From: Draconibacterium sp.
GTDB taxonomy: Bacteria; Bacteroidota; Bacteroidia; Bacteroidales; Prolixibacteraceae
DNA: 64,000 nucleotides
NCBI GenBank assembly: GCA_041393215.1
Contig: JAWKKP010000018.1
Coordinates: forward strand, 20,675-84,674
Direction of reading: 5' to 3'
Part shown: positions 28,900-36,899 of the stretch, piece by piece
How the letters are laid out: every line of letters starts with the position of its first letter
Position numbering within the stretch: the first letter of the stretch is position 1
Translations under genes and position numbers: made by a program
The notes under the pieces: model-generated
The model's input: the letters and a program-made list of their open reading frames with translations, nothing else
The model's database searches: none
What the model was told of the DNA's origin: nothing

Positions 28900-30840
28900 A
28901 TGAAGTTTACCGGAAAAATACCATTATTAATCGTAATTGCCCTGGCGTGGATTGTGGTAATTTCTTCGTGTGCTAATTTAGGAATGCCAACCGGAGGACC
29001 GCGTGACTCGATTCCCCCGGTTTTACTAGAAACTACTCCTGAATTTAAAGCGCTGAATTATAAGGGAGATGAAGTTCGGTTTACGTTTGATGAATACATT
29101 AATACCGACAATATTTCTGAAGAGCTGGTAATTTCTCCTCCTTTGGCAAAACGGCCGGTTATTCGCACAAAATCAAAAACATTGATTATTGAGTTTAATG
29201 AAGATTTAAAAGACAGCGCCACGTATTCGCTCGATTTTAAAAATTCGATAGCTGATAATAATGAAAAAAATCCGTATAAGAACATGCGCTTTTCTTTCAG
29301 CAACTGGGATGTTTATGATTCGCTCCGGGTTGCAGGCCGCGTAATGAATGCGTTTAACCTGGAGCATGTAGAGAAAAGCCTGATTATGTTGTACCGTAAT
29401 CTGCACGATTCTGCTGTGTTTACTTTACGACCGGATTATATTGCCAAAACGGATGAAACCGGAATGTTTTTAATCGATAATATTGCTCCCGGAAAATATC
29501 ATCTTTTTTCAATTTCGGACGCAAATAACAATATGAAATACGATGAAAGTGCAGAAGAAATTGCCTTTGTTGATTCGCTGATCATTCCATCGGCGACTTT
29601 CCGTCCCGATCTTGATACAATGGTAAGTGGGGTCGATTCATTTCTGATATTAGGGCATACTCATTTCTACCCCAATCCTGTTTATATGCACCAGTTTACG
29701 GAAGATATTTTTGATCAGTATGTTGACAGCTACAAGCGTGAATCAGCCAATCAGTGTGTATTTGTCTTTGGTGAATCTGTAAAAGATACTTTTATGGTAA
29801 ATGTTATAAACAAGGAAACAAAACCTGACTGGTATCAGTTGGAATACAACGAAAAGATGGATTCACTAATACTTTGGATTGCAGATACTACACTTGTGAA
29901 AACAGATTCGTTGTTAATGGAAATTTCTTATTTTCAATTAGATTCAGCTAAGCAGTTGTATGTGCACAAAGATACGCTTGAGATGAATTTTACAAAAAAG
30001 GTGGGCGATGATTCAAAGCGAAAAAAGAAATCGAAAGAAGAGGAAGAAAAACCGGAGCCGACTCCACAGTTTAGCTGGAAGACCAGTCTTAGTTCGACAA
30101 CAGTGGAACTAAATGAGGGTATCGGTTTAATTGCGCCAGAACCAATTGCTACGTTTGACCCGAAAAAAATAAGGCTGTTCCATACCGAGGATTCGCTTAA
30201 AACGCCATTGCTGTTTACTATTGCAGAAGATACAACCGCATGGAGAAGATATAATTTGTTGTATAAGTGGGAGCCGGAAACCGAATACACGCTCGAAATT
30301 GATTCTGCAGCTTGTATAAATATTTATGGGATTACCAGTAAAAAATTTACAAAGAAGTTTAGTTCCCGGGAAGAAGACTATTACGGGTCGTTAAATATGA
30401 TTTTAACAGGTGTTGAAATGCCAATGCTGGTTCAACTTGTAAAAAACGATGACAATGAAAATGTAGTGCGCGAGAAATCGATTAATGAAGATGGTAACGT
30501 GCTTTTCGAGTTTTTACCTCCGGGAAAACTGAAAATCAAAGTTATTTACGATAAAAACGATAACGGGAAGTGGGATAACGGAAGTTACCAGGATAAAATT
30601 CAGCCAGAAAGAGTGGCATATGTAAACGAAATTCATAAAGTACGTTCGAACTGGAGCGAAGAAATTCGCTGGGATGTAAAACCCGACCCAACTTTTGTAA
30701 AGAATATTCGCGATTATGAACTCGAAGAGCAAAAACGAAAAGAAGCGGAGAAAAAAGCACGTGAGGATGCGCAACGCGAACAGAAACAAAATAATTCAAA
30801 CTTAATGCAGGGAGGCGGATCAAATATTCTGCGTCAATAG
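28900..30840 (+). CDS. Ig-like (Big_5) domain lipoprotein, conserved Bacteroidota type
   Basis: Lipobox ISSCAN followed by PTGGPRDSIPP; FTFDEYI; VIYDKNDNGKWDNGSY...QPERV. Confidence 0.8.
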   Translation: MKFTGKIPLLIVIALAWIVVISSCANLGMPTGGPRDSIPPVLLETTPEFKALNYKGDEVRFTFDEYINTDNISEELVISPPLAKRPVIRTKSKTLIIEFNEDLKDSATYSLDFKNSIADNNEKNPYKNMRFSFSNWDVYDSLRVAGRVMNAFNLEHVEKSLIMLYRNLHDSAVFTLRPDYIAKTDETGMFLIDNIAPGKYHLFSISDANNNMKYDESAEEIAFVDSLIIPSATFRPDLDTMVSGVDSFLILGHTHFYPNPVYMHQFTEDIFDQYVDSYKRESANQCVFVFGESVKDTFMVNVINKETKPDWYQLEYNEKMDSLILWIADTTLVKTDSLLMEISYFQLDSAKQLYVHKDTLEMNFTKKVGDDSKRKKKSKEEEEKPEPTPQFSWKTSLSSTTVELNEGIGLIAPEPIATFDPKKIRLFHTEDSLKTPLLFTIAEDTTAWRRYNLLYKWEPETEYTLEIDSAACINIYGITSKKFTKKFSSREEDYYGSLNMILTGVEMPMLVQLVKNDDNENVVREKSINEDGNVLFEFLPPGKLKIKVIYDKNDNGKWDNGSYQDKIQPERVAYVNEIHKVRSNWSEEIRWDVKPDPTFVKNIRDYELEEQKRKEAEKKAREDAQREQKQNNSNLMQGGGSNILRQ

Positions 30841-30892
30841 GAAAAATAATCCTTTAAAAATTAATTATCTTTAATTCAAAATCGAAATTGTT

Positions 30893-31189
30893 ATGGCAAG
30901 TATAAAAGACTTAAAAAAAGATATCGACATGTTGATGTCGCTGGTTTTAAACGATTGTTTTTATGTATTGGAATATAATTCGAAAGTAGATTCAGAAGCA
31001 ATTATGAAAATTGCTGCAGACGTCATTCAAATGCATCGCGAATTGCGTTTACAGGTTAATCATCCGGACGGAAAAGACAACCCGAAACTCGTTAGAAAAT
31101 ATTATAGGCAAATTGTTAACGAAATGTTGAAATATACTGATGATTCGCTGGAACGATTATCTGCTGAAGTTAAAAAAGTTGCCGACTAA
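30893..31189 (+). CDS. Small conserved Bacteroidales hypothetical protein
   Basis: The MASIKDLKKDI...HP.GK...LVRKYY pattern resembles a common Bacteroidales small-protein family. Confidence 0.7.
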   Translation: MASIKDLKKDIDMLMSLVLNDCFYVLEYNSKVDSEAIMKIAADVIQMHRELRLQVNHPDGKDNPKLVRKYYRQIVNEMLKYTDDSLERLSAEVKKVAD

Positions 31190-31294
31190 AACTTTCAATA
31201 GAAACTACAACCCTCAATTCTTTCGGTTTATCATTTTCTGTAATTACTGGAAGTTGAAGTTTTGATTTATTTATATAGAATAAAATCAGGATAT

Positions 31295-31324
31295 TTTGGG
31301 ATTTTTTTCTTTTAATTACCTTTG
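31295..31324 (+). promoter_or_regulatory. Sigma70 promoter of the hemerythrin-luxR pair
   Basis: TTTG at 31295-31298 and TACCTTTG at 31317-31324. The -7 element overlaps the GTG used by the ORF track, so the true start is more likely the ATG at 31348. Confidence 0.65.
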
Positions 31325-31347
31325 TGCCTTTAAAACAAAGGCTATTA

Positions 31348-32103
31348 ATGAATAATTACTTTCCGTTTACTGAAAAAACACGATTAGCAGACCTTATTCA
31401 TCAGGATTATAAACTTATACCCGTAATCGGTCGGTTTGGAATCAAATTTGGATTTGGAAATAAAACCGTTTCCGAAGTTTGCCGAGACTATAACATTAAC
31501 AAATGGTTTTTCCTCGAAATAATCAATTCATTTCATAATAGTAATTATTTTCCTACCGAAGAACTTCAACACTTTTCGGCACAAACAATGGTAAGTTATC
31601 TTTCAAACACGCACGCCTGGTATTTAAATGTTAAGGTGCCGGAGATTGAGGATTCCATTAATGAGATGAAACGTTTGGCTCCCAATGAGGATGTAAAGAA
31701 CATAAAACTAATCAGCGACTTTTTTCAGGAATATAAAAACGAATTGGTAATTCATTTGGATGAAGAAGACTCTAAAGTTTTTCCTTATATTATCTCGCTG
31801 GAGAAATCGCTGGAGATGGGGGTTTTTGATAAGGAACTAATTCGGAAAATCCAGGATGAATCGATTGAAGAGTACGAACGAAATCATGATAACCTTGAGG
31901 TTAAACTGGCCGATTTAAAAAATCTGATTATCAAATATCTTCCTCCCGTTTCGTCTTACGATTCATGTCAAAGATTACTCATCGAGCTGTTCCGTTTGGA
32001 AGCCGATATTGAAAATCACACCCGGATTGAGGAGAAAGTGTTGGTGCCGAAAGTAAAATTGCTGGAACAGGAAATAATTCAAATTAGTGGAGCAGGAAAA
32101 TAA
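31348..32103 (+). CDS. RIC/YtfE-like hemerythrin (di-iron) domain protein
   Basis: ScdA_N-like N-terminus; candidate iron ligands HAWY, HLDEED, HD and HTRIEE. Confidence 0.8.
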   Translation: MNNYFPFTEKTRLADLIHQDYKLIPVIGRFGIKFGFGNKTVSEVCRDYNINKWFFLEIINSFHNSNYFPTEELQHFSAQTMVSYLSNTHAWYLNVKVPEIEDSINEMKRLAPNEDVKNIKLISDFFQEYKNELVIHLDEEDSKVFPYIISLEKSLEMGVFDKELIRKIQDESIEEYERNHDNLEVKLADLKNLIIKYLPPVSSYDSCQRLLIELFRLEADIENHTRIEEKVLVPKVKLLEQEIIQISGAGK

Positions 32104-32695
32104 AAAGATCCAGGTAGCGGTTATTGCACAGCAGTTTTTAACCCGGTTGGGAATAAAAACAATTTTAAGTGTAATTGGGATTGAGCCGGAAGTTCTGGAA
32201 TCAAATAATTTTTATGATTTGAAAAATATACTGGCACGCCAGAATTTCGATTTTATGATTTTGAGCGAAGACATTTTGCCATTACCGAAAAATATAAGCC
32301 TGAACGAATTAACCGGGCTAAGCAAAAATACCCGGTTAATGGTTATTAGCGATAAAAAAATTGAAAATTGCCCATGTTCCAATTTCGTTTTGTATTCCGA
32401 TAATCAGAAAGAAGTACTGGAGAAGTTTCAGGAATTCTTTTTTGAACCTGAAAATAACTCATCGGTTGAAGGCAATGAAAATGTTTTAAGTGAACGGGAA
32501 ATTGATATTTTAAGGGAAGTTGCCTCCGGGTTTTCAAACAAAAAGATAGCAGATAAACTCCATATTAGCATAAACACTGTAATTACCCATCGAAAAAATA
32601 TTACTGAAAAACTGGGTATAAAAACCATTGCCGGACTAACTGTTTATGCATTAATCAACAATATTATCGACGCTGAAAATTTAAAGAATTTTTAA
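32087..32695 (+). CDS. LuxR-family regulator with a degenerate receiver-like domain
   Basis: LSEREIDILREVASGFSNKKIADKLHISINTVITHRKNITEKLGIK helix-turn-helix; GTG start overlapping the hemerythrin gene by 17 nt. Confidence 0.9.
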   Translation: MEQENKKIQVAVIAQQFLTRLGIKTILSVIGIEPEVLESNNFYDLKNILARQNFDFMILSEDILPLPKNISLNELTGLSKNTRLMVISDKKIENCPCSNFVLYSDNQKEVLEKFQEFFFEPENNSSVEGNENVLSEREIDILREVASGFSNKKIADKLHISINTVITHRKNITEKLGIKTIAGLTVYALINNIIDAENLKNF

Positions 32696-32883
32696 GACCT
32701 TTTGTTCTTAATTCGTCATGTTTAGGTAGAGCTTATTCTTTATCTATTCTTTTAGAACTCTAAAATCATAATTTTTAATGATCGGAAGGGATACATGATT
32801 GATTAATTTTGAAAGCAATAAGAGGTAATACGTTGGATTAATTTTTTAAAATCACTTTTAACAACACAGCATTATAATAAAAT

Positions 32884-32891
32884 TAACTTTG
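32884..32891 (+). promoter_or_regulatory. -7 element TAACTTTG for the uORF-TBDT transcript
   Basis: Exact TAnnTTTG ending 16 nt before the ATG at 32908. Confidence 0.65.
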
Positions 32892-32907
32892 CTGTCGATT
32901 GAAAATT

Positions 32908-33264
32908 ATGATATTTATACGTCGGCATATTAAGTTTCTGTTTGTTTTTGTTTTGCCAGTTTATTTATTTATTGTTCAGCAAACCATTCAGAACAAACAT
33001 ACGCATTTCTATCCCAATGGAATTGTGGTAATTCATTCGCACCCGGTTAACAAGGAAGCAGGTCAGCCAATGAATAGCCAGGGGCATTCAAAAACCGAAA
33101 TATTATTGTATGCTTCATTGCATTTTGATTTGTATAAAACTTCCGATTTCACATTCATTGAATTTGTTCAAAACGGGGAATCGAGAAACTTCTATATTGC
33201 CGACGAACGATTAGAATATACTGAATTATATCTTGAAACAATTCCACGCGGTCCACCGGCATAA
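32908..33264 (+). CDS. His-rich upstream ORF (118 aa) with C-terminal RGPP arrest-peptide motif (DUF2946/CruR-like architecture)
   Basis: Hydrophobic residues 8-23; His at 31, 33, 43, 45, 60 and 72; ends IPRGPPA*; 71 nt upstream of the TBDT gene. Confidence 0.8.
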   Translation: MIFIRRHIKFLFVFVLPVYLFIVQQTIQNKHTHFYPNGIVVIHSHPVNKEAGQPMNSQGHSKTEILLYASLHFDLYKTSDFTFIEFVQNGESRNFYIADERLEYTELYLETIPRGPPA

Positions 33265-33335
33265 TGTTTTTCACCTTTTAAAACTTTCTGCCTAAACTAC
33301 CAAAGAGATTTTATTTACCAAATCATTTTTTTACA

Positions 33336-35720
33336 ATGAAAAAGTTAATAGCGCTTTTTGTGCTATCAAGTATATGTGCGATAATTTCGGCGCAACCAGC
33401 ACCTCCACTTTCGGATGACAATTCAAAGAAAAAATTAAACACAGATGCCATGTTATTTGGTGATGTAAAATCGGAAGGAGTGCACATTCCGTTTGCAACA
33501 ATAGTAATAAAAGGAACAACCATTGGAACTGCTGCTGATGCAACCGGGCATTTTAAAATAACCAATCTCCCGGTAGGTAAACAAACGGTAGTTGTTTCCG
33601 CCATTGGTTATAAAACTGCAGAAAAAGAATTTAATCTTGAAACCAAAAAAAGTATAACATTTTTATTTGAGCTGGAACCTGATAACATTGGAATTGACCA
33701 GGTTGTGGTTTCGGCCGATCGCAATGTAAAAAGCAGACGCGAATCACCAACCATTGTTAATAGTATTAATCCATCGTTATTATCAAGAACTCAAAATGTA
33801 ACACTCAGCGAAGGTTTAAATTTTTCGCCAGGACTCAGAATGGAAAATAATTGTCAGAATTGCGGGTTTTCGCAAATCAGAATGAATGGTTTGGAAGGGC
33901 CGTATTCGCAGATATTAATTAATTCGCGCCCGGTTTTTAGCGGATTGGCGGGAGTTTACGGTCTGGAACTTATTCCGGCAAATATGATTGAACGCGTGGA
34001 GGTAATTCGTGGCGGCGGTTCGGCCATGTATGGAAGCAATGCAATTGCCGGAACCATCAATTTAATTACGAAAGATCCGGTTATCAACAACTTTTCAGTA
34101 GCCGGAAGTTTGGGTTCAGTAAAACCATCAGAAAAAGAAAATAGCAGTGATTACAGCCTGAATTTAAACGGATCGTTTGTAAGCGACGACTATAAAACCG
34201 GAATGAGTTTGTTTGGTTTTACCCGTAAAAGAAATCCATACGATGCTAACAGTGATGGTTTTTCAGAGCTTGCATTGATAGAAAACACAACGCTCGGAAC
34301 GCGAATTTATCAACGGATTTCTCATCGTGGTAAGTTAACTATTGACTATTTTAATATTGGCGAATTCCGTAGGGGTGGAAATAAATTTGAACTTCCTTTA
34401 CATGAAGCTGATATCACTGAAAGCGTAAAACATAAAATAAATTCGGGTGCTGCAACATTCGATTTATTGATGCGCGAATCCGATAAATTCTCTGTTTTCT
34501 TTTCAGGGCAAAGTGTCGATCGTGATTCATATTATGGCGCACATCAGGATTTGTCGGCCTACGGAAACACAAAAGATTTTACTTTTTCCTCGGGTGCGCT
34601 TTATATTCGGCAGGTGGAAAAATTTTTGGTTTCCCCTGCAACAATTACTTCCGGGCTTGAATGGAACGGAAGTAATTTGGAAGATACAAAATTGGGTTAC
34701 TACAATCCGGTTGATGACGTTCACTACGGAAATACATTGGTGGCCAATCAGGGAGTTTCAACTCAAGCTGGTTTTTTACAATCCGAATGGAAAATGAAAT
34801 CGTTGATTTTTACTGCCGGGTTTCGGTTCGACCATTACGAAGTTTCCGATAAAACTCATGAAAGTGACGACATTTCAGGGAATGTTTGGAGTCCGAGGCT
34901 AAGTCTTCTTTATAATATTACAGAACATTTTCAATTCAGATCTGGATTGGCAAGAGGTTTCAGGGCTCCTCAAATTTTTGATGAGGATTTGCATATTGAA
35001 ACTTCGGGCTCCAGAAAGGTAATTCACGAAAATTCTCCCGATTTAAAACAGGAAACTTCAACCAGTTTTACTTCTTCGCTCGATTTTACTGAAGATCACG
35101 GTCGCTGGCAATACCAGATTCTTATAGAAGGTTTTTATACGAAGCTGATGAATCCATTTTCAAACACTTACGGGCAACCCGATGAAAACGGAACCGTAAT
35201 TTACACCCGCGTTAATGCGGAAGACGGGGCTACAGTGAAAGGAGTAAGTTTAGAGTTTAACTTGTCGCCATCAGCGCGGTTCCAGTTGCAATCGGGTCTT
35301 ACCATCCAAAGAAGTGAGTTTGAGAAGCCACAGGAATTTAACGAAACACAATTTTTTCGTTCGCCGGATCGATATGGATACATCAGTTTAAACTATAGTC
35401 CAACCCTGCCTCTTAATATTGCTTTTACCGGAAATTATACCGGGCCGATGTTCGTTCCTTATTTTGGCCCTTTGGCAGAAAACATGGAAATTGGCCAGTT
35501 AAATAAAACCGGAAGTTTCTTTGATGCAGGCATAAAATTGAGCTATGATTTTGAAATTGCTGATGTGATTACCATGCAGGTGAATGGTGGAATTAAGAAT
35601 ATTTTCAATAGTTACCAGGATGATTTTGATACCGGTATTGATCGCGATCCGGCATATATTTACGGGCCACTTACCCCGCGAACTGTTTATTTTGGCATAA
35701 AATTCGGAAATCTGCTGTAA
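33336..35720 (+). CDS. TonB-dependent receptor (non-SusC, probable metal/cofactor importer) with a CQNC motif in the plug
   Basis: Carboxypeptidase-regulatory-like N-domain; RMENNCQNCGFSQIRMNGLEG; IERVEVIRGGGSAMYGSNAIAG; beta-barrel C-terminus. Confidence 0.92.
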   Translation: MKKLIALFVLSSICAIISAQPAPPLSDDNSKKKLNTDAMLFGDVKSEGVHIPFATIVIKGTTIGTAADATGHFKITNLPVGKQTVVVSAIGYKTAEKEFNLETKKSITFLFELEPDNIGIDQVVVSADRNVKSRRESPTIVNSINPSLLSRTQNVTLSEGLNFSPGLRMENNCQNCGFSQIRMNGLEGPYSQILINSRPVFSGLAGVYGLELIPANMIERVEVIRGGGSAMYGSNAIAGTINLITKDPVINNFSVAGSLGSVKPSEKENSSDYSLNLNGSFVSDDYKTGMSLFGFTRKRNPYDANSDGFSELALIENTTLGTRIYQRISHRGKLTIDYFNIGEFRRGGNKFELPLHEADITESVKHKINSGAATFDLLMRESDKFSVFFSGQSVDRDSYYGAHQDLSAYGNTKDFTFSSGALYIRQVEKFLVSPATITSGLEWNGSNLEDTKLGYYNPVDDVHYGNTLVANQGVSTQAGFLQSEWKMKSLIFTAGFRFDHYEVSDKTHESDDISGNVWSPRLSLLYNITEHFQFRSGLARGFRAPQIFDEDLHIETSGSRKVIHENSPDLKQETSTSFTSSLDFTEDHGRWQYQILIEGFYTKLMNPFSNTYGQPDENGTVIYTRVNAEDGATVKGVSLEFNLSPSARFQLQSGLTIQRSEFEKPQEFNETQFFRSPDRYGYISLNYSPTLPLNIAFTGNYTGPMFVPYFGPLAENMEIGQLNKTGSFFDAGIKLSYDFEIADVITMQVNGGIKNIFNSYQDDFDTGIDRDPAYIYGPLTPRTVYFGIKFGNLL

Positions 35721-35742
35721 TCCGTTTTCAGGGATAGATATT

Positions 35743-35781
35743 AAGGGCTACTTGTTGATACTAAGTGGCCTTTATTTATTT
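35743..35781 (+). terminator. Terminator after the TBDT gene
   Basis: AGGGCTACTT/AAGTGGCCTT stem plus T-rich tail. Confidence 0.75.
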
Positions 35782-35840
35782 GACACAGCACAAAAGATTA
35801 TTAATTTTACATCGTTTATTTAATAAGTAAATTTTTCAGT

Positions 35841-36740
35841 ATGAATGAATCGAATGTTCAGCAGAATAAAAGTAAAGATTTGAGAAATAACATTATTGTA
35901 ATCGCTCTCTCTGTAATTTTAGTGGCCGTGGTTGTTTTGTTTTTTATGCAACGAAAAGAACACCGGGCAATGTTGGGAGATATTAAGGCTGAAAAAGATT
36001 CGATTCAATTTGAACTCACACAGATTTCTGCTGGTTACGATTCGTTGAGAACGGAAAACGATACCATTAATGAACAGCTCGTTTTGGCCCAGTCGAAAGT
36101 AAGAGATTTGTTACTTGAGGTTGAACAAACCAAAAAGGTGAGTTATGAGAAAATTAACGACTATCAAAAGCAAGTAACTACTTTACGGGGAATTATGCGG
36201 GACTTTGTTGTGCAAATTGATTCTTTAAACCGAAGAAATGAGCAATTAATGGCGGAAAACCTGCAAGTGAAAGAACAATTTAAGGAGTCTGAAATTCGAA
36301 ACGAAAAGCTAAACCAGGAAAAAGCAAAACTTCAGCAAAACCTTCAATTGGCGGCCATGCTTGAAACGCGCGAACTAACCGTTGATGCATTGAATTCAAG
36401 AAGTAAGGAAACCAAATTTGCAAATCGTGCCGAAAAAATAAGAATATACTTTATTTTAAACAGCAATGTAACTGCTAAAAGAGGGGCCAAAAATATTTAC
36501 GCCAGAATTATGCGCCCGGATCAGCTTTTGTTAACCAAATCGCCCAACAATATTTTTCAGTTTGAAGATTTGAAAATACCGTATTCAGCCATGCGCGAAA
36601 TCAATTATGAAGGGCTGGAACTACCTGTTGCCATATATTGGGATAACACCGATGAACCTGCTTTAATGCCGGGTCAGTATGTTGTTAATCTTTTTGCTGA
36701 CGGAAGTGAAATTGGCGAAGCAACTCTGGAATTGAAATAA
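35841..36740 (+). CDS. Membrane-anchored coiled-coil protein of unknown function
   Basis: Single N-terminal TM helix, long Q/E/K/L-rich heptad region and a globular beta-rich C-terminus. Confidence 0.75.
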   Translation: MNESNVQQNKSKDLRNNIIVIALSVILVAVVVLFFMQRKEHRAMLGDIKAEKDSIQFELTQISAGYDSLRTENDTINEQLVLAQSKVRDLLLEVEQTKKVSYEKINDYQKQVTTLRGIMRDFVVQIDSLNRRNEQLMAENLQVKEQFKESEIRNEKLNQEKAKLQQNLQLAAMLETRELTVDALNSRSKETKFANRAEKIRIYFILNSNVTAKRGAKNIYARIMRPDQLLLTKSPNNIFQFEDLKIPYSAMREINYEGLELPVAIYWDNTDEPALMPGQYVVNLFADGSEIGEATLELK

Positions 36741-36899
36741 GCTTTTTTCAGGAATTCGTTATCTAAAAATACCAGTAGTTTATTTTAATTATCACTTTAA
36801 GTTCAAATCGAACATCTGAAGGAGAATTTTGCAGTTTGAACTGGTTTTTAAACTATTTTAGATGCAGAAATCCTTTTATAAAGGAGCAACTGCCGAAGC

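Noticed and set aside
32750-32770. Fur box
   Set aside because: The palindrome is 16 bp with a 2-nt centre and does not fit a 19-bp Fur-type arrangement. It is kept only as a generic operator candidate.
36800-36899. Glycine-riboswitch-like fragments (GAAGGAG, GGAGCAA, CCGAAG) upstream of the porin gene
   Set aside because: The elements are not in the aptamer order and the supporting stems are missing.
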